Of a stretch of 64,000 nucleotides of DNA, positions 22,940-35,800 are shown in pieces. Location of the stretch: the NCBI GenBank assembly GCA_015680685.1, contig MNCI01003159.1, forward strand, positions 321,823 through 385,822, read 5' to 3'. Position 1 is the stretch's first letter. Each line of letters opens with the position of its first letter. The stretch comes from Gnetum montanum (Eukaryota > Plantae > Gnetophyta). Under the pieces are notes generated by a model that did not search any database, had not been told where the DNA came from, and saw nothing but the letters and a program-made list of their open reading frames with translations. The translations under genes were made by a program, and so were the position numbers.

Positions 22940-25900
22940 TGTGAGAGATGTCCCAGAGTGGTGGTTCTCTTGGGCTCTCCCCATGGGACACCCTCCTGTT
23001 GCAACGCTCTTCTCTAAGTCCTCTTCCTTCTCTCTTCTCCGTGGAGAACTACATGGCCCTGATTCTACGGTGGTTGTAGATATGTAGGCAGCCAAGACTA
23101 GATAGTTTTGGTGCGGTGCCAGGCCACACCTTGTACCAAATCATGAGGGATCTGGGGGTGAGGCACCTCCCCTTGTAGGTGCATCGTCTCCCCTCCCACC
23201 GATGTTTTCTACAAGGTTGTGTGTTTGCTTGTTTGCTTGGTCCTCGTTTTGGAGTCGGTTACCCTCCATGAGGTGCGTTGTCATGCATGGTAAGAAGTTG
23301 TGCTTTTGCTTGCTCTCACTCATGAGATGCTGAGCTTGCTTGAGGCGTATTCCCCAGGTCTTTTGCCCCAAATCCATTGGATCTTCGTGAATTCCTTGGG
23401 GTGCTGGACAACGTCGAGGCAACATTATTATAGATGGTATCAGAGCGTTTTTGAAATTGTGTTGGGATATGGTTGTGCTCTTTGGTTGTGTTACTCCATT
23501 GAGCTTGTTTGGTTAATGATCCCTTCGGATTGATACCTAGGTGATCTAGGATCATATCCTTATGTATTTTTGAAGAGTTGCCTGAGGGCAATGTTCTACA
23601 CTCTTCATGAGGGGATAGATGATAAGTTGTGAGCAACTAATGTATGTTGCTCTCCGTGAGGATATAAACAATGGCGTTGTGGTGATGTCCTCCACTTGTG
23701 TACTTGTGGTTGGAATAGTTGTTATTGTATGCGATATGGTTGAGAGGAGTTCTACTAGCAACTCAGGAATTTTTGTTGCTCAAGGAGCTCTCATCTCAAG
23801 TCTCCAGTGATTCATCTAGGATGAATCGGACCCAGTCTCTGCTTTGATTTCCACCCAGATGACATGTTTCGAGATGGCATTTGCTGAATCGTGCAGGATA
23901 TGATATCCTTGGCACTTCCACTCACCCTAGATACAGTGAGTATGGCAAATTACAAATTGGGACAAGATGGTTCCCAGGTACCTCAGGTGGAGGTCTTTCA
24001 AACATGTGCTCTTGGTGAGCCTTGTTCTGGGTGGACTAAGACCATTGCCGGTAGACTTTCTACGTTCGTGCTTACGATTGTATGTTTGTCTATTTGTGTA
24101 TGCGTGTCTTCTTGGTTGCGCTTTCAAATTTTGCATGTGTGTTATCTTGGTCATGTCTATTGTTCGTAATGGAAGGCTTAATGTTTTACGTGGTATGATG
24201 ACTTATTGTTGGGAACGTTAAGGATGCAATGGTTGTTTGTGTCATCCCAAAGCCAAATGTTTGTTGTCTTGTTTGACAACTTCTTGTGCATGAGGCATGA
24301 TTGCTCTTATTGTTGATCTTTGCGAGTTGTGCTCCTTTGTTGAGCTGGTGGTGTTGCCCTTAGGCTCGTGGCATCACTATTTTGATTGGTGACATTTGTT
24401 AGTCACTCTGATTCGAAAACTACTGGTGTGGGTCATCCTATTGTTGGTTCTTGTTGAGACCACACCTCTTTTGATGAGAGTCTTCTTGTGAACGCATCCT
24501 TCGTGATGTTGCTTGTTGTTGCGAGAATTGGTTTGATGTAGACTTGTTGTTGGATAGACCTTGGTGTTCCACCTTATTTTTGGGTTGAGATGACGATTGT
24601 CTATTGCCCATGACTCATACGACTGTGTTGAGATTTTGGTCCTGGTGGAGGCCAATGTTAGTTGCTGGGAATTATTGTTGTGTATGAATCTTTAAATTCT
24701 GAGAGTGTGCTATCTCTCTCTTGGTGTGCCTCATGATGAAATTGTTTGTTCGAGTGGGGATGTAATTCATCCATCAATGTTTTGCATGATTGATCTCTAT
24801 GCATGTTGTTGAGGTCTTGATTTTTTATGATGTGCAAGAGTGATATGACCTTGTTATATGATCATGCTTGATAGTTGTGTATGAGGCTGATGTGCTAATT
24901 GTGTTCTTGCTAACTTCTATGTTTCTGAGCTTACGTCTCAGTGTTTGCAAGTAGCATGGGTACAAAGATGCAGCCAGTGGTGACCTTAGTTGATTCTGTG
25001 AGCACTATGTCTATGGGGAAGATATGTGCTCTTGAGACCTTCATGAACTGATTATTTGGTCTCAGAATCCCAATATTGGGTTGTGGATTTATCAGTACCT
25101 TGGCTGTGATGGATCATCAGGTACATCAGGATTTGTTTGCCTCTCAGTGCTGGGGGAGCACTAACAGAGGATGGTGATCTGTCCTAGACCCTACATATAT
25201 TGGGCTAGCAGATGGCATGAAATGGTATCCTTGGCCATGCTGGATACCGATGGCCTAGAAGTGGCCAATGCAATGAGGTCCCACTATGGCAAGATGGTGG
25301 ATACTCAGTTGGTGTGTTTCGTTATTCGATCGTTGCGTTTGTGTCTTGAATCGTTTTCGTTCGATGTTACCCGTGCAGTGGGTTCAGTGCGACGGTAGAT
25401 CATGTATCTTTTGAGACAGTAGTGCAATGACAGATGATCGTTTATGCTTCATGACAGAGATAGGTTTTGCTCAAAACACCATGGTTCTTTCATGATATGC
25501 TCTTGGTGGCCTAAATGCTTCAACCTAGGATGGGCTTGGATAGTTTGTCCTATAGCCTTTTAGCATTGGGTAGCATTCCCAAATGCCATGTATGTTCCCA
25601 TATATGAATGTAATCCTATCCTTGGGTGTGTGAAATGTATCCTTGTGATATTCTCAATTCGATTGTATGCACTTAAAAGTGCTAGATGTATTGCCTATGT
25701 GACTTAGTTGTCTCCTGCTTGTAGGCCTATGCCACACACTGTGACAAGGCCAAGCTTGATGTATGGTGTTTTCCTGGTGCCTTGCTATATGTTGTAAATG
25801 GCCATTGTGCCTTGATGTATAATCCTGCTGAAAAATTCATGGGAAACTCTTTAGTTGGATACAGTGTTGTAACGAACGGACCAGGGCATGTCCTTGCCCA

Positions 25901-28900
25901 TTATGCTCGTGAACTGGTGCCATGTGTTCTTGATGATGTTGGCACGCCTGGGTGGTGCATGCATGGTGAACGTCCTTGAGACAGGACAAATCTTGGGAAC
26001 ACATTCTCTTGTGTTCATGGACTGGCAAAGATCTTGTCCACAAATGATCGATGGTGACTGAAATTCATATCAATATGATGTCTAGCGGGGGATTTGGGTT
26101 GTTTTGGGTATTGGCACCTAGACTCGCTCTTCCATGTTGGATGTGATCATGGAGCAGCTATCCAAACATTGGGATGGTGGTCCATCCTTGCATAAATGAC
26201 GTTACAAATACAAAAAGTGTGATTTCTCTTAGTGGCCTAGCTTGGTGGGCTTGAATGTGCTCAAAACACTTGAGTCGATGCTCTCATGATTGGGGGTTTC
26301 CAATGATTTGTACATGTTGGTGGGCTCTCTTGACTAATTGCTTTTGGTGCTTTGGAGAGCTATGATGTGCTCTCATATATTGGGACATATTGATGCTTTC
26401 GTGGTCTATGGTGTGATTTCATGATAGGGGACTCGTTGTGCCTAATAGGCTATGGTGTCTTGCTGAATTTTCCCGTGTACTCTGTCCCTTGTGTACATTG
26501 ATGTATCACACAGTCCCTCCCTGATGTATTGTCCCATGTCTCTGGTGTGATGTTAATTCATGTTGGTGTTCTCACCTCCCTTGTGGGATAGCAGAGTTGA
26601 TCATGATATTACTTGGTGAATCTTTAATTGTATGAGGGTTCAGTCTCCATTTCAATGGACACCCTCTTCAGTTCCTGAAATAATAAGGCAAGTGGTATTG
26701 AGACGGTTGTGTCCTATTTGGGACCTAGAAGCAGTTGATGTTTGGGACTTGTTCCTAGTAGTGGTCCCATGTTCGTGAACTCGTAGGGCTTGTTCTCAGG
26801 TAAAATTCATGAAACCTCCTTTTGTGAGGTCGTGTTGTTGATGTAAATTAAAGATACATATTGCTTTTCATGTAAGCAAGGCATGATCTTGTGTACTCTC
26901 TTAGTTTTGGAGGCTTCAGAGGTACTTCCTTGTTGGGGTTCTCTGGTAGACCATCCTTATTATAAACCCTTCGGGGATGAATCGTTTTGTGTTTGAGTTG
27001 TAAATGATGTTGATGAAAGCCCATTCCATGTAAAACTATCTTGAGGACCTAGTCCTCCTATGGGCAAGATGTTGTTGCTGACTTGTGTCTATTGTTTGGG
27101 TTGAATGATAATAGGTAGTGGTGTGGCCTTGTCCACCACAAATTGATGTAAACAGGCTTGACTGGGAAGTATGAAACAAAAAAAACCCAGATCTCCCAAG
27201 ATGAAACAAGAATCCCTCTTGAGAAAATTTCAAAGGGATGAACTGCTTGGTGTCTCAAGTTGTTCTCAAGGTGAAAATTGAATTTGGGTAAGACTTGTGA
27301 ACCCATGTCTTCCCTTAGTTGATGGCAGTTCGATGAGATGGATTTGTTGGCTATATTGACTACTCGGGCATGTGTTACGGGTAAGGTGTAGCTGGGCTGC
27401 TATACTTACCTATGGAAGAAACCTCCCAAAGGAGGGTCCTTCCTGCAAGTGCAAAATCTAATGAAAGGTGTTGATCGTGAGACTGGCAGTCATTCTTGAT
27501 ATAGTGGGGAAATGCAAATTCTGAGAACGTTGATGTTCCTTGGAGAATTCATGATCTGATTACTCTCTGAGGTGACTCTATATTCATTCCTGGACCTAGT
27601 GTTCAGAAAATGGTGCTTGTCCCATAACTTGGAGTGGGAAGGATAGTTTGCATGTAGCAAATGTGGGTGATCCTTCTCCATGAAAGGGATATTATGGTTG
27701 CATTCAATTATGTGCTTACGGCTGATATGAGACAGGTGATGGAGGATTGTCACGGGGTTGGCTGCCCAATTGACCCTCCACTTGTTTTAACATTCGAGCA
27801 GACATTCTCGATGTTGGACAATCACAAGAGGTGTTGATGATAGTTGGGGCTTGTTGTATGTTAGCCTCTTGGAGAAGTTTCCAAACAAATTTTTGGATCT
27901 TCTCTCTCGTTGTGGTTATGAAATACTATTGAATGATGAATTGAGGCATGCGATGCTGGTGTTTGCAGACGGCAAGGTCAAGCTCAAAAGATCTGCCCTT
28001 GTACCTTGTTTGTAAGGGAGAACATGTTTGACTCCCTTTATAGCAGCTTGAACAAACATGATAAGAAAAAGAGAATGTGCATGGTACCGATGCATGTGGA
28101 ATAGGTGCTTAGATGGTTGCATTGGTGAGACCCCATGGGTCTCGATGCGAGTAGCAGAACATGGAGTTTTGGCAAGCATGAGTTGCTTGTGGAGACATGG
28201 CTCTTTGGAGCATGTCCTACCTCTCGGTGTGATGTTTCCAAGTCCATCACCATGGGTGGTGGCCCTGGTGAGCCCTAAAAAAAAAAAAATCAATTGGTGC
28301 TGAGATGCCATTCACAAAAGAACTCGGTGCGACTTGCAGAAAAGGAGCTATCTTCTTGCATAAGTATGGGTTTACACAAGAAGATATTTGTAGACCCTCA
28401 GAAGGGACGGATCTAGGGGACGCCTTAGAGACATTGGCCCTTTGGGTTGGACTCTCTTGCTCATATAGAGAAGGGAAGTCTTTGGGCTTCCTTCAATTGC
28501 CCTTGCATTTCATGCAAGGCATTGGATGGAAGGATGTATCAGGTGTTGGGGTTGGTACCTTCCTTCAAACCTGGCGTCTAAGGAGTTGACAGATCTTTGG
28601 AATTGACGAAGTTCCAAACCCCTTTAGAAGTGTACACTCGAAGCTATCCTAGGCTCCGCTCCGAGGACATCACTTCTTTGTGTGGGGGAGGATTGTGAGA
28701 GATGTCCCAGAGTGGTGGTTGTTTTGGGGTCTCCCCATGGTTTGGGGGCCATGGAACACTTTGAGGCGCTCTTGGGTGACTCTCAAGTGTTAGAGAACCC
28801 ACCCTAGCTTGCTAGTACCAAGTTAGCAACAAGACACCCTCCTGTTGCAACTCTCTTCTCTAAGTCCTCTTTCTTCCTTCTTCTTCGTGGAGAACTACAT

Positions 28901-29269
28901 GGCCTTGATTCTACGATGGTTGTAAATATGTAGGCAGCCAAGACTGGATAGTTTTGGTGCAGTGCCAAGCCACACCTTGTATCAGATCATCAGGGATCTG
29001 GGGGTGAGGCACCTCCTCTTGTAGGTGCATCGTCTCCCCTCCCACCGATGTTATCTACAAGGTTATGTGTTTGCTTGGTCCTCGTTTTGGAGTCAGTTAC
29101 CCTCCATGAGGTGCATTGCCATGTACGTTAAGAAGTTGTGCTTTTGCTTGCTCTCACTCATGAGATTCTGAGCTTGCTTGAGGCGTATTCTCAGATCTTC
29201 CGCCTTAGATTCATTGGATCTTCATGAATTCCTTGGGGTGCTAGACAACGTCAAGGCAACGTTGTTACA
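22940..29269 (+). mobile_element. Structurally complete LTR retrotransposon (Ty3/gypsy-derived, decayed internal region)
   Basis: 5'LTR 22940-23432, PBS TGGTATCAGAGC (tRNA-Met) at 23435-23446, PPT GGGGGAGGA at ~28684-28692, 3'LTR 28694-29269 (TG...CA), 5-bp TSD ACTAA at 22935-22939 and 29270-29274. Only faint RT-like (~26400) and integrase-like (~27320) traces remain, in gypsy order. Confidence 0.9.
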
Positions 29270-29844
29270 ACTAACAACTAAACTCCCAAACTTGTTTGGG
29301 AACACTCTCCACCGTTCTGCCCTTCCCACGTCTCCAAAACATATGAAACACAGCAAAAAGCATGGCAAAAACGTACGACGTATGAAATAATGTCCGATGC
29401 GCCAGTCAGATGCTTGTTCTGAATCAAGCCTTAAAACACGTTTAAACCCTGTCAGTTTCTACATCGTTATGATCCAATTCGTTTGCATGGCTTGATTCAT
29501 TATCTCTTGCAATTAGTTTTGTAACCACATCTGCTACGCGAATGCTTCGATAAATTCGAACACTCTAGTTATTAATTAGGACTTTTGCAAAACAATGGAG
29601 AGTGATCTACCGTTTTCAGTAAGGGAAAATGTATTCGAAACATTCAAAGTATGAAATAATAAATTTCCATAATCCATAACGTATCCCCTAATTTTTTTTC
29701 ATTTATTATTTAATTATTAAAATTTCTGATAGGCTTGGGTACCTCCCAACATGGGATTAAATTAGATCACGTGGACTTGGAACGTCATGCATAGCATTTG
29801 ATTAAGGATTCAACGGGCAGCTATAGTTGAATGGTGTCTGGTTG

Positions 29845-32800
29845 TTAAGGTTGCGGTCGTGCCTGGACTAGGTAAATGTCATTCCCGACCACGCAACCTT
29901 CCACATCCTGAGGACATCCAAACTTCTGTTCCAGAAAGAAACCAATGGTCGTCAACCGTTGGCCAAACCGCTGGCGAAAGGCGGAATCCACGGACAACGG
30001 TTTCCTGCTGTAATCCACGGAAATTTTCTGAACCAGGTCATGGGCCAGGCCGCCTGGATTAATTATAAGCTCCTCGCTGAAATTAGCGAAAGCCAGGGTC
30101 TTGACGCTTCCCTGAAATTTGTCACCAGCCAACCGCCAAGGCGTGCCTCTGGTTCCGGAGGCCAAGGTCTCACCCAAGCCGGCAGCAATTTCTGCCTCCA
30201 CAATGTTTTTGTTCCTGTCAATGGGGCTCACAGTGTGCAGCACGAATGATAACTGCGGAGAAAGCATCTCCTGAACCAGCACGGCCATGGCCGCTTCTCT
30301 CTGTGGTACCTTTGCAACCCGTCGACTAAGTACGGCCCGCCTGGTGTAGAGTGACGCCCACACTCGTGCTATGGCACTTGCAAGTAGTTCGGGATCACTG
30401 GCATTCACAGTGGGAATGGATTCATACAAACCCGCCCCAGACATGCCTGCCAGGTCCTCGACGTTGGCGCTGGAGCGGGCAATTAGCCTGGCATCCGCCC
30501 GAAAGCTTTCCGCAATTTGGCCGACGACATCTGGCACAGGCCGTTGCGATTCTACCAGGGACTGTAATTCCCAACAAAACTTGTCAAGCTGCCCTTCCTC
30601 TAATTTTGCCTCCTCGATCTTTTCCAGCAGGGTTTGGAATTGGTCGAAAGATCCGCTCGATTCCAGAGCAGACTGCATAGCTCCGAATGGTATCACTTTC
30701 CCTTGTGGAACGTGAAACGCTGCCGAAACGCCTTGACTGCTAAGAACTGCAATGAAAGGCGACATGCAATTGAATGATCGAATTCTCCTTCACTATCCAT
30801 GCTGTTTGGATTTGTGATGTTTAAGAGTTAGTTTGCAATTGATGGATGAATGTTCACCTTCTTCGCTCTGATAGGCAAGTTCTGCAAGCCGTCCACATGA
30901 AGCCGCCTTAGCGCCACAGCTCTCGATGTCCGCATGGACGACGTCCATAACAACTGCCCCAGGGTTTGCACTGACCTGTATTTCACCGCACATTTTTTTC
31001 GTTTATGATTAAAAGAAGAAAAAGATTGGTGGACATTATAGCACTAATAGAAGCTGCAGCTACGATAAGCCTTCAGGTTTCCGCAATAGAACGATATAGA
31101 TGCTTGCAGAATTACAGGCATAGTCTTCATTCCCATGGTACACACCTGATAGCGAGAAGCAACGCTGTTTGGAGCAGACGCTTTAACTGTTCCATTTTCA
31201 GCATCGGAATCTTTTAGATTTGCTATTGCCAATTCTTTCCATTCTTCCGATGAAGCAGGCGAGATATCCACGGTCTCAGCTGATGCTTGTAATCTGATCA
31301 AAACGCAGCAGATAAAAGTGCTGGATCCATATTAGAATAATATAGCAAAAATAAGTTATATTGCTATTACCGAACAGATTGGTTTAGAAGTTGTTGAAGC
31401 CCTGTGATTTTCTCGTCGTCTTCACATGTCACAAAAACCACATTTTCCTGCATATAAAAACAGGCATTTGACAATAAATGGCTACACCATTGAAATTCGA
31501 ACAGAATACAACTAATGTTTCGATGAACTGGTGTTTCCTACACGATTGGATTTCAATAGAAATCCTATCTAATATATATTCCCCTTTTTTTTAACCGAAA
31601 CTTTTCTTACCTGCCTTGCTCTGACTCCGAGATGTGAAAGATGAGGCAGTTCTTGTAACAGAACTATACCAACAATGTTCTCTCCAGCGGCCTTAACCTG
31701 AGAAGTTGTGAAAGAGATGCATTGCGTAAGTCTTTGAAATACAGCAATCTTAGATGAAGCGTTTTATTGCAGACTATATTTCCTACAAAATTTAAGTATG
31801 AACTTTACGACACACAGCACAGTTGCCGCTAACCTCTTCATCTCCATCAGCTCTATTAACTACTAGAACTACTGGTTCTCTGTTAGCTGTATCCAAGGAA
31901 CCAGGGATGATTCTATCGACCTGTTTCAAGAACTCGCATTTTAGACTTTGCCAACATACAAAAATATGCCTTCATGAAGAAAGGTCTCTTTCGGAAGAGA
32001 GAAGTACCTGCAGTAATTTGCCAACTGCCTTTCCAGGGACTAAGGTATCCCAACCATCACATCCTGATAGCGATCTCACTGACTTAAGCAGAAGAGAGAC
32101 TAGTTTGGAAATCTGGAAAACCACACTGACAATAAAATGGAAGACAGTTGACAAATGAAATACATAGTCGAGAACTATAACGTTAGCACGGTCCCACCAT
32201 AAAACTACCTTGAGTATTTCTAACATAGCTAGATTATACAAGGAAACAACAGTGTCCTTTGAAGTAAAAATCTAACTGCAAACCAGCTACCTTGCACGAA
32301 TTTCTGCTTCCGTGTATGTTCTTACAGTGTTCTCTGGAATACCAAGTGCGTTACCTAATTTCTGAAAAGTCATTATTGTAGTTTGTCACCATTTACGACA
32401 ATTTTTTTTAATTGCAATGCAATCGACTTAATATCATTGGAGTTACTGAATACTGTAATTGTCTATCACCTGAACTTTATCAGGGAATATCTCTACAAGA
32501 GTATCCGAATATCCTTCAGTGAGACGTCTTGTCCTGTCTAAGGTAGCCTTGAATCTTAGCGCCCAAATATTGATTCCGTCCTCTCCTAAAGTATCAGCAG
32601 GCGACAATAAGGCTATATAATAATGTAATGTAATCACATAATATAATGTATTCCGTAAAAAACAATTACCATAATATCCATTTAGCATACCTTCAGTCTC
32701 TGGTATTCCTTTGTTTTGCCAGCATTGAAGCTCGTTTTCAATTGCTATGCATTCAAGTTGTTGCCACCCAGACAATCCAAGTTGCCGAATCCCAATTACA

Positions 32801-35800
32801 AGGGCCCCTATAGGATGGCTCCAGCTCTTCGAATTTCTTCGCATTGCTTCTTGAACTAAATATGATGAGCCTCCTCGAGCTTCAAGAACATTTACAAACC
32901 TGGTAAAGGAGTAAACAGATCAGTGCAAGCTTACAGAAAGAATGTATGACTCAGTCTCGGTGAAAACAGAACAGAACAAGGGCTAATATGCACGTTAGTA
33001 TCCTTTATTACAAGGGATGAAAAGTTAGAACTAGTCTGGACAACTTCTCAATTATTTCTTATAGCAAAGGCCACTTATTTTTCCCTAAGCATGGGACAAA
33101 AGATGATCCGGATTATGTTGATGATTGGCGAAAGGAAAAGAACATTTCTATTCAAGGGAAACAAATCAGATAATCAGTGAACAGACCGACTCTGGTCAGT
33201 GTTTAAATGTTCAATTTTAAGCTCATTGAAACTTTTGCAAAGATACTATAACAAAAAGTTTAAAACAAAACTCAGACATCTATTCCAGTGCATTATGAAA
33301 TTTTACATGACGAGTTCATCGAACGGTGGAGCTTTGTAAAAAGAAGTAGCACTAAAACAAGTTTGAAAACTTGATAGATAATACCAGATCACTCTCCAAC
33401 AATACTTCTCCATATTTGTTTACTCATCACACTGCCCTTGCCACATTTTACGTGGCAATAGGTAATTTTATGGATATATATACTTTTCTAAAGTCTGGGA
33501 TTACCACTTGGAGTCATGGTAATGTACCTGTTTCTCAAGTGGTAAGGGTAAGTCATGGGTTCAAGCAGGGCAAAGCCACTCAGAAGAGGTTAGGCTTTTG
33601 CTCATCGACCACCCTCCCAAGACCTTGCTTTGGCTAGATAAGCAATAAACCTTTGGGTGATGATCCTTTTATACACTTCTCTACAGTCATCTACAACAAA
33701 ATCGTTTCACAGGCTTGCTGCAAACTTCTTAAAACCTACTCTGCTTTTCCTATTTCCGTTTCTTACACAATTTAGCTTTCAAGAAAATAAGAAAAGCTGA
33801 ATTTACAAAACAGTAATCAAGCTAGGAGCATCTAGCTGCAATACACAGTAGATATTTAGAATAATTACCAAGCACAGAAGCCATTGGTAAAATTATTATC
33901 CAAAATTAGTTTGTTGATTCATCATAACTAGAAAACCCAAAGGTTAGACAATCTTACATGGTTTTCCCAAATAAACTATATTTTTTATATAATTTAGCTT
34001 AGCTATATGTGTGTGTATAATTGGTGAAGGGTATCTTATCCTAGCTTGAAAGGATTCCTATAAGAATAGGAAATTTGTGAGCACAAAAAGAAGTCGGTTC
34101 ATTTAATCTCTATTTTCTGTTAGTTTCAACTTTTTTCTTTAGGATTAAGTTTATGGAAATGGAATCGATGCAAAACACCAAACAAGGACTGTATGATCCC
34201 AGGCATATAATTGCTGATTTCTGATATAAGTGTAGTATTGCCTCAATTATAGTGCAAACTCATATTTCTAGATTGAAAACCACCAAACTGACCTATTTAG
34301 CTGTCACCTCATTGGTACAACTAAAGTATTTAGACTTGTCTTATAGCTTCTTATATTTCACATTTCATTCCTGTTGATTATTAACCTACACATGCTACCC
34401 TTGGAATTTATGATGTAATTTTGAAGTTTACAGCAAGGATATAATGGAGTTTGGTACAGATATTGTGACATTCTATTCCCAGATGTCACTAGCATACTCT
34501 ACTTTCAAGTTCTAAGACTTGGGTTCGAGACTAGTACTTGAAAAGAGGTTAGATTTTTGCTTATCCACCAACCCTCCTATGATCCCACTGTGACAGGATG
34601 AATATAAGTTTATGGGCACAACCATTTATGACCCTTTTTTAACTCCAAAAAAAAGGAAAAAAGAAAAAGCGTCATCACTGGGAAGCCAGTAGATGACAGA
34701 AAGCCTAATATCTTTTCAAGAGGCTATGTCCAGGCTTGAAGACCCGAGAAATAAACAATCAAGCACCTCACCATCATTTTAAATGATGGCCCCACTTATT
34801 TTCAACTCCCAAATGATCCATAAATTCTTGAAAAAAGGAAGAACATGAATCATTATTAGTAAAGAAGCAATCTAGCCTTCACATCTCTTTGGAACATTTA
34901 AATTGCTAATAAAGCCTTCTAAGTATCATTGCATTCAAGCCTGGTGGAAGACATAAATAGTGAAATGGAGCTATGAAAATATGCCTACATTGGATGGCTT
35001 TGTTCGCTTTATATAAATAATGTTTTGTTGGCTTGGCAATGACATCATTATAGAGGACAAGAAGGTAAGGCGTGGACAAAATTTCCATAGTTTATTTGGT
35101 TTGTGGTGTGGCAAGAACGAAATTTTAGAGATTTTCAGTGGAGGTCAAGAAGCCCAACATCAGTTTGGATTCCTGCTTTGGCTCTTTGGAGGGATGCTAC
35201 AAAATTTTGGAGGAATTATAACTAGAACAATGTTGTTTAGTTATATTTCTAGAAGAGCAATCTGGATGGTAATGTATATGTTGTTTTGTTTGTTTATTCT
35301 TTCAATGGAATTATCATTTTGTGATGTAGCCACTATAGATTCAGGATGTTGGTTTGATCCCAAAAAAAGTTACTAGATTTTACATTTAAGAGGAAAGAAG
35401 AAAATATAATCAACTAAGGCAAGGATTTAACAATACAGCTGCAGAGCACGAGGTAAAGTTTATAAGGCTCTTGTGATGTATATGACATAAAAATCTTGAT
35501 GAAGAAACAAAGCATGGCATTTTGTAGATTTTCACAACTTGCATTATTTGAGAAAGTTTCAAACACAATGCCAATAATTCTAGTTGAAAACGTAGAAGGT
35601 GAAAAAATAGTAAAGGCATACTAGCATAAATGTCAAACGGATAAAAAAAAAACAGAAGCTTTTTAGATCTTACACCTTTACCTTCAACAAAGAAAACAAC
35701 TGCCAGGAACCATGATGGAGGATAGATGGTAACATAAGCATCTTGGGTGAAAATGAGACTGGCCTGATGCTAGTGAAAGCTACAGCACCAAGATTGCTAA

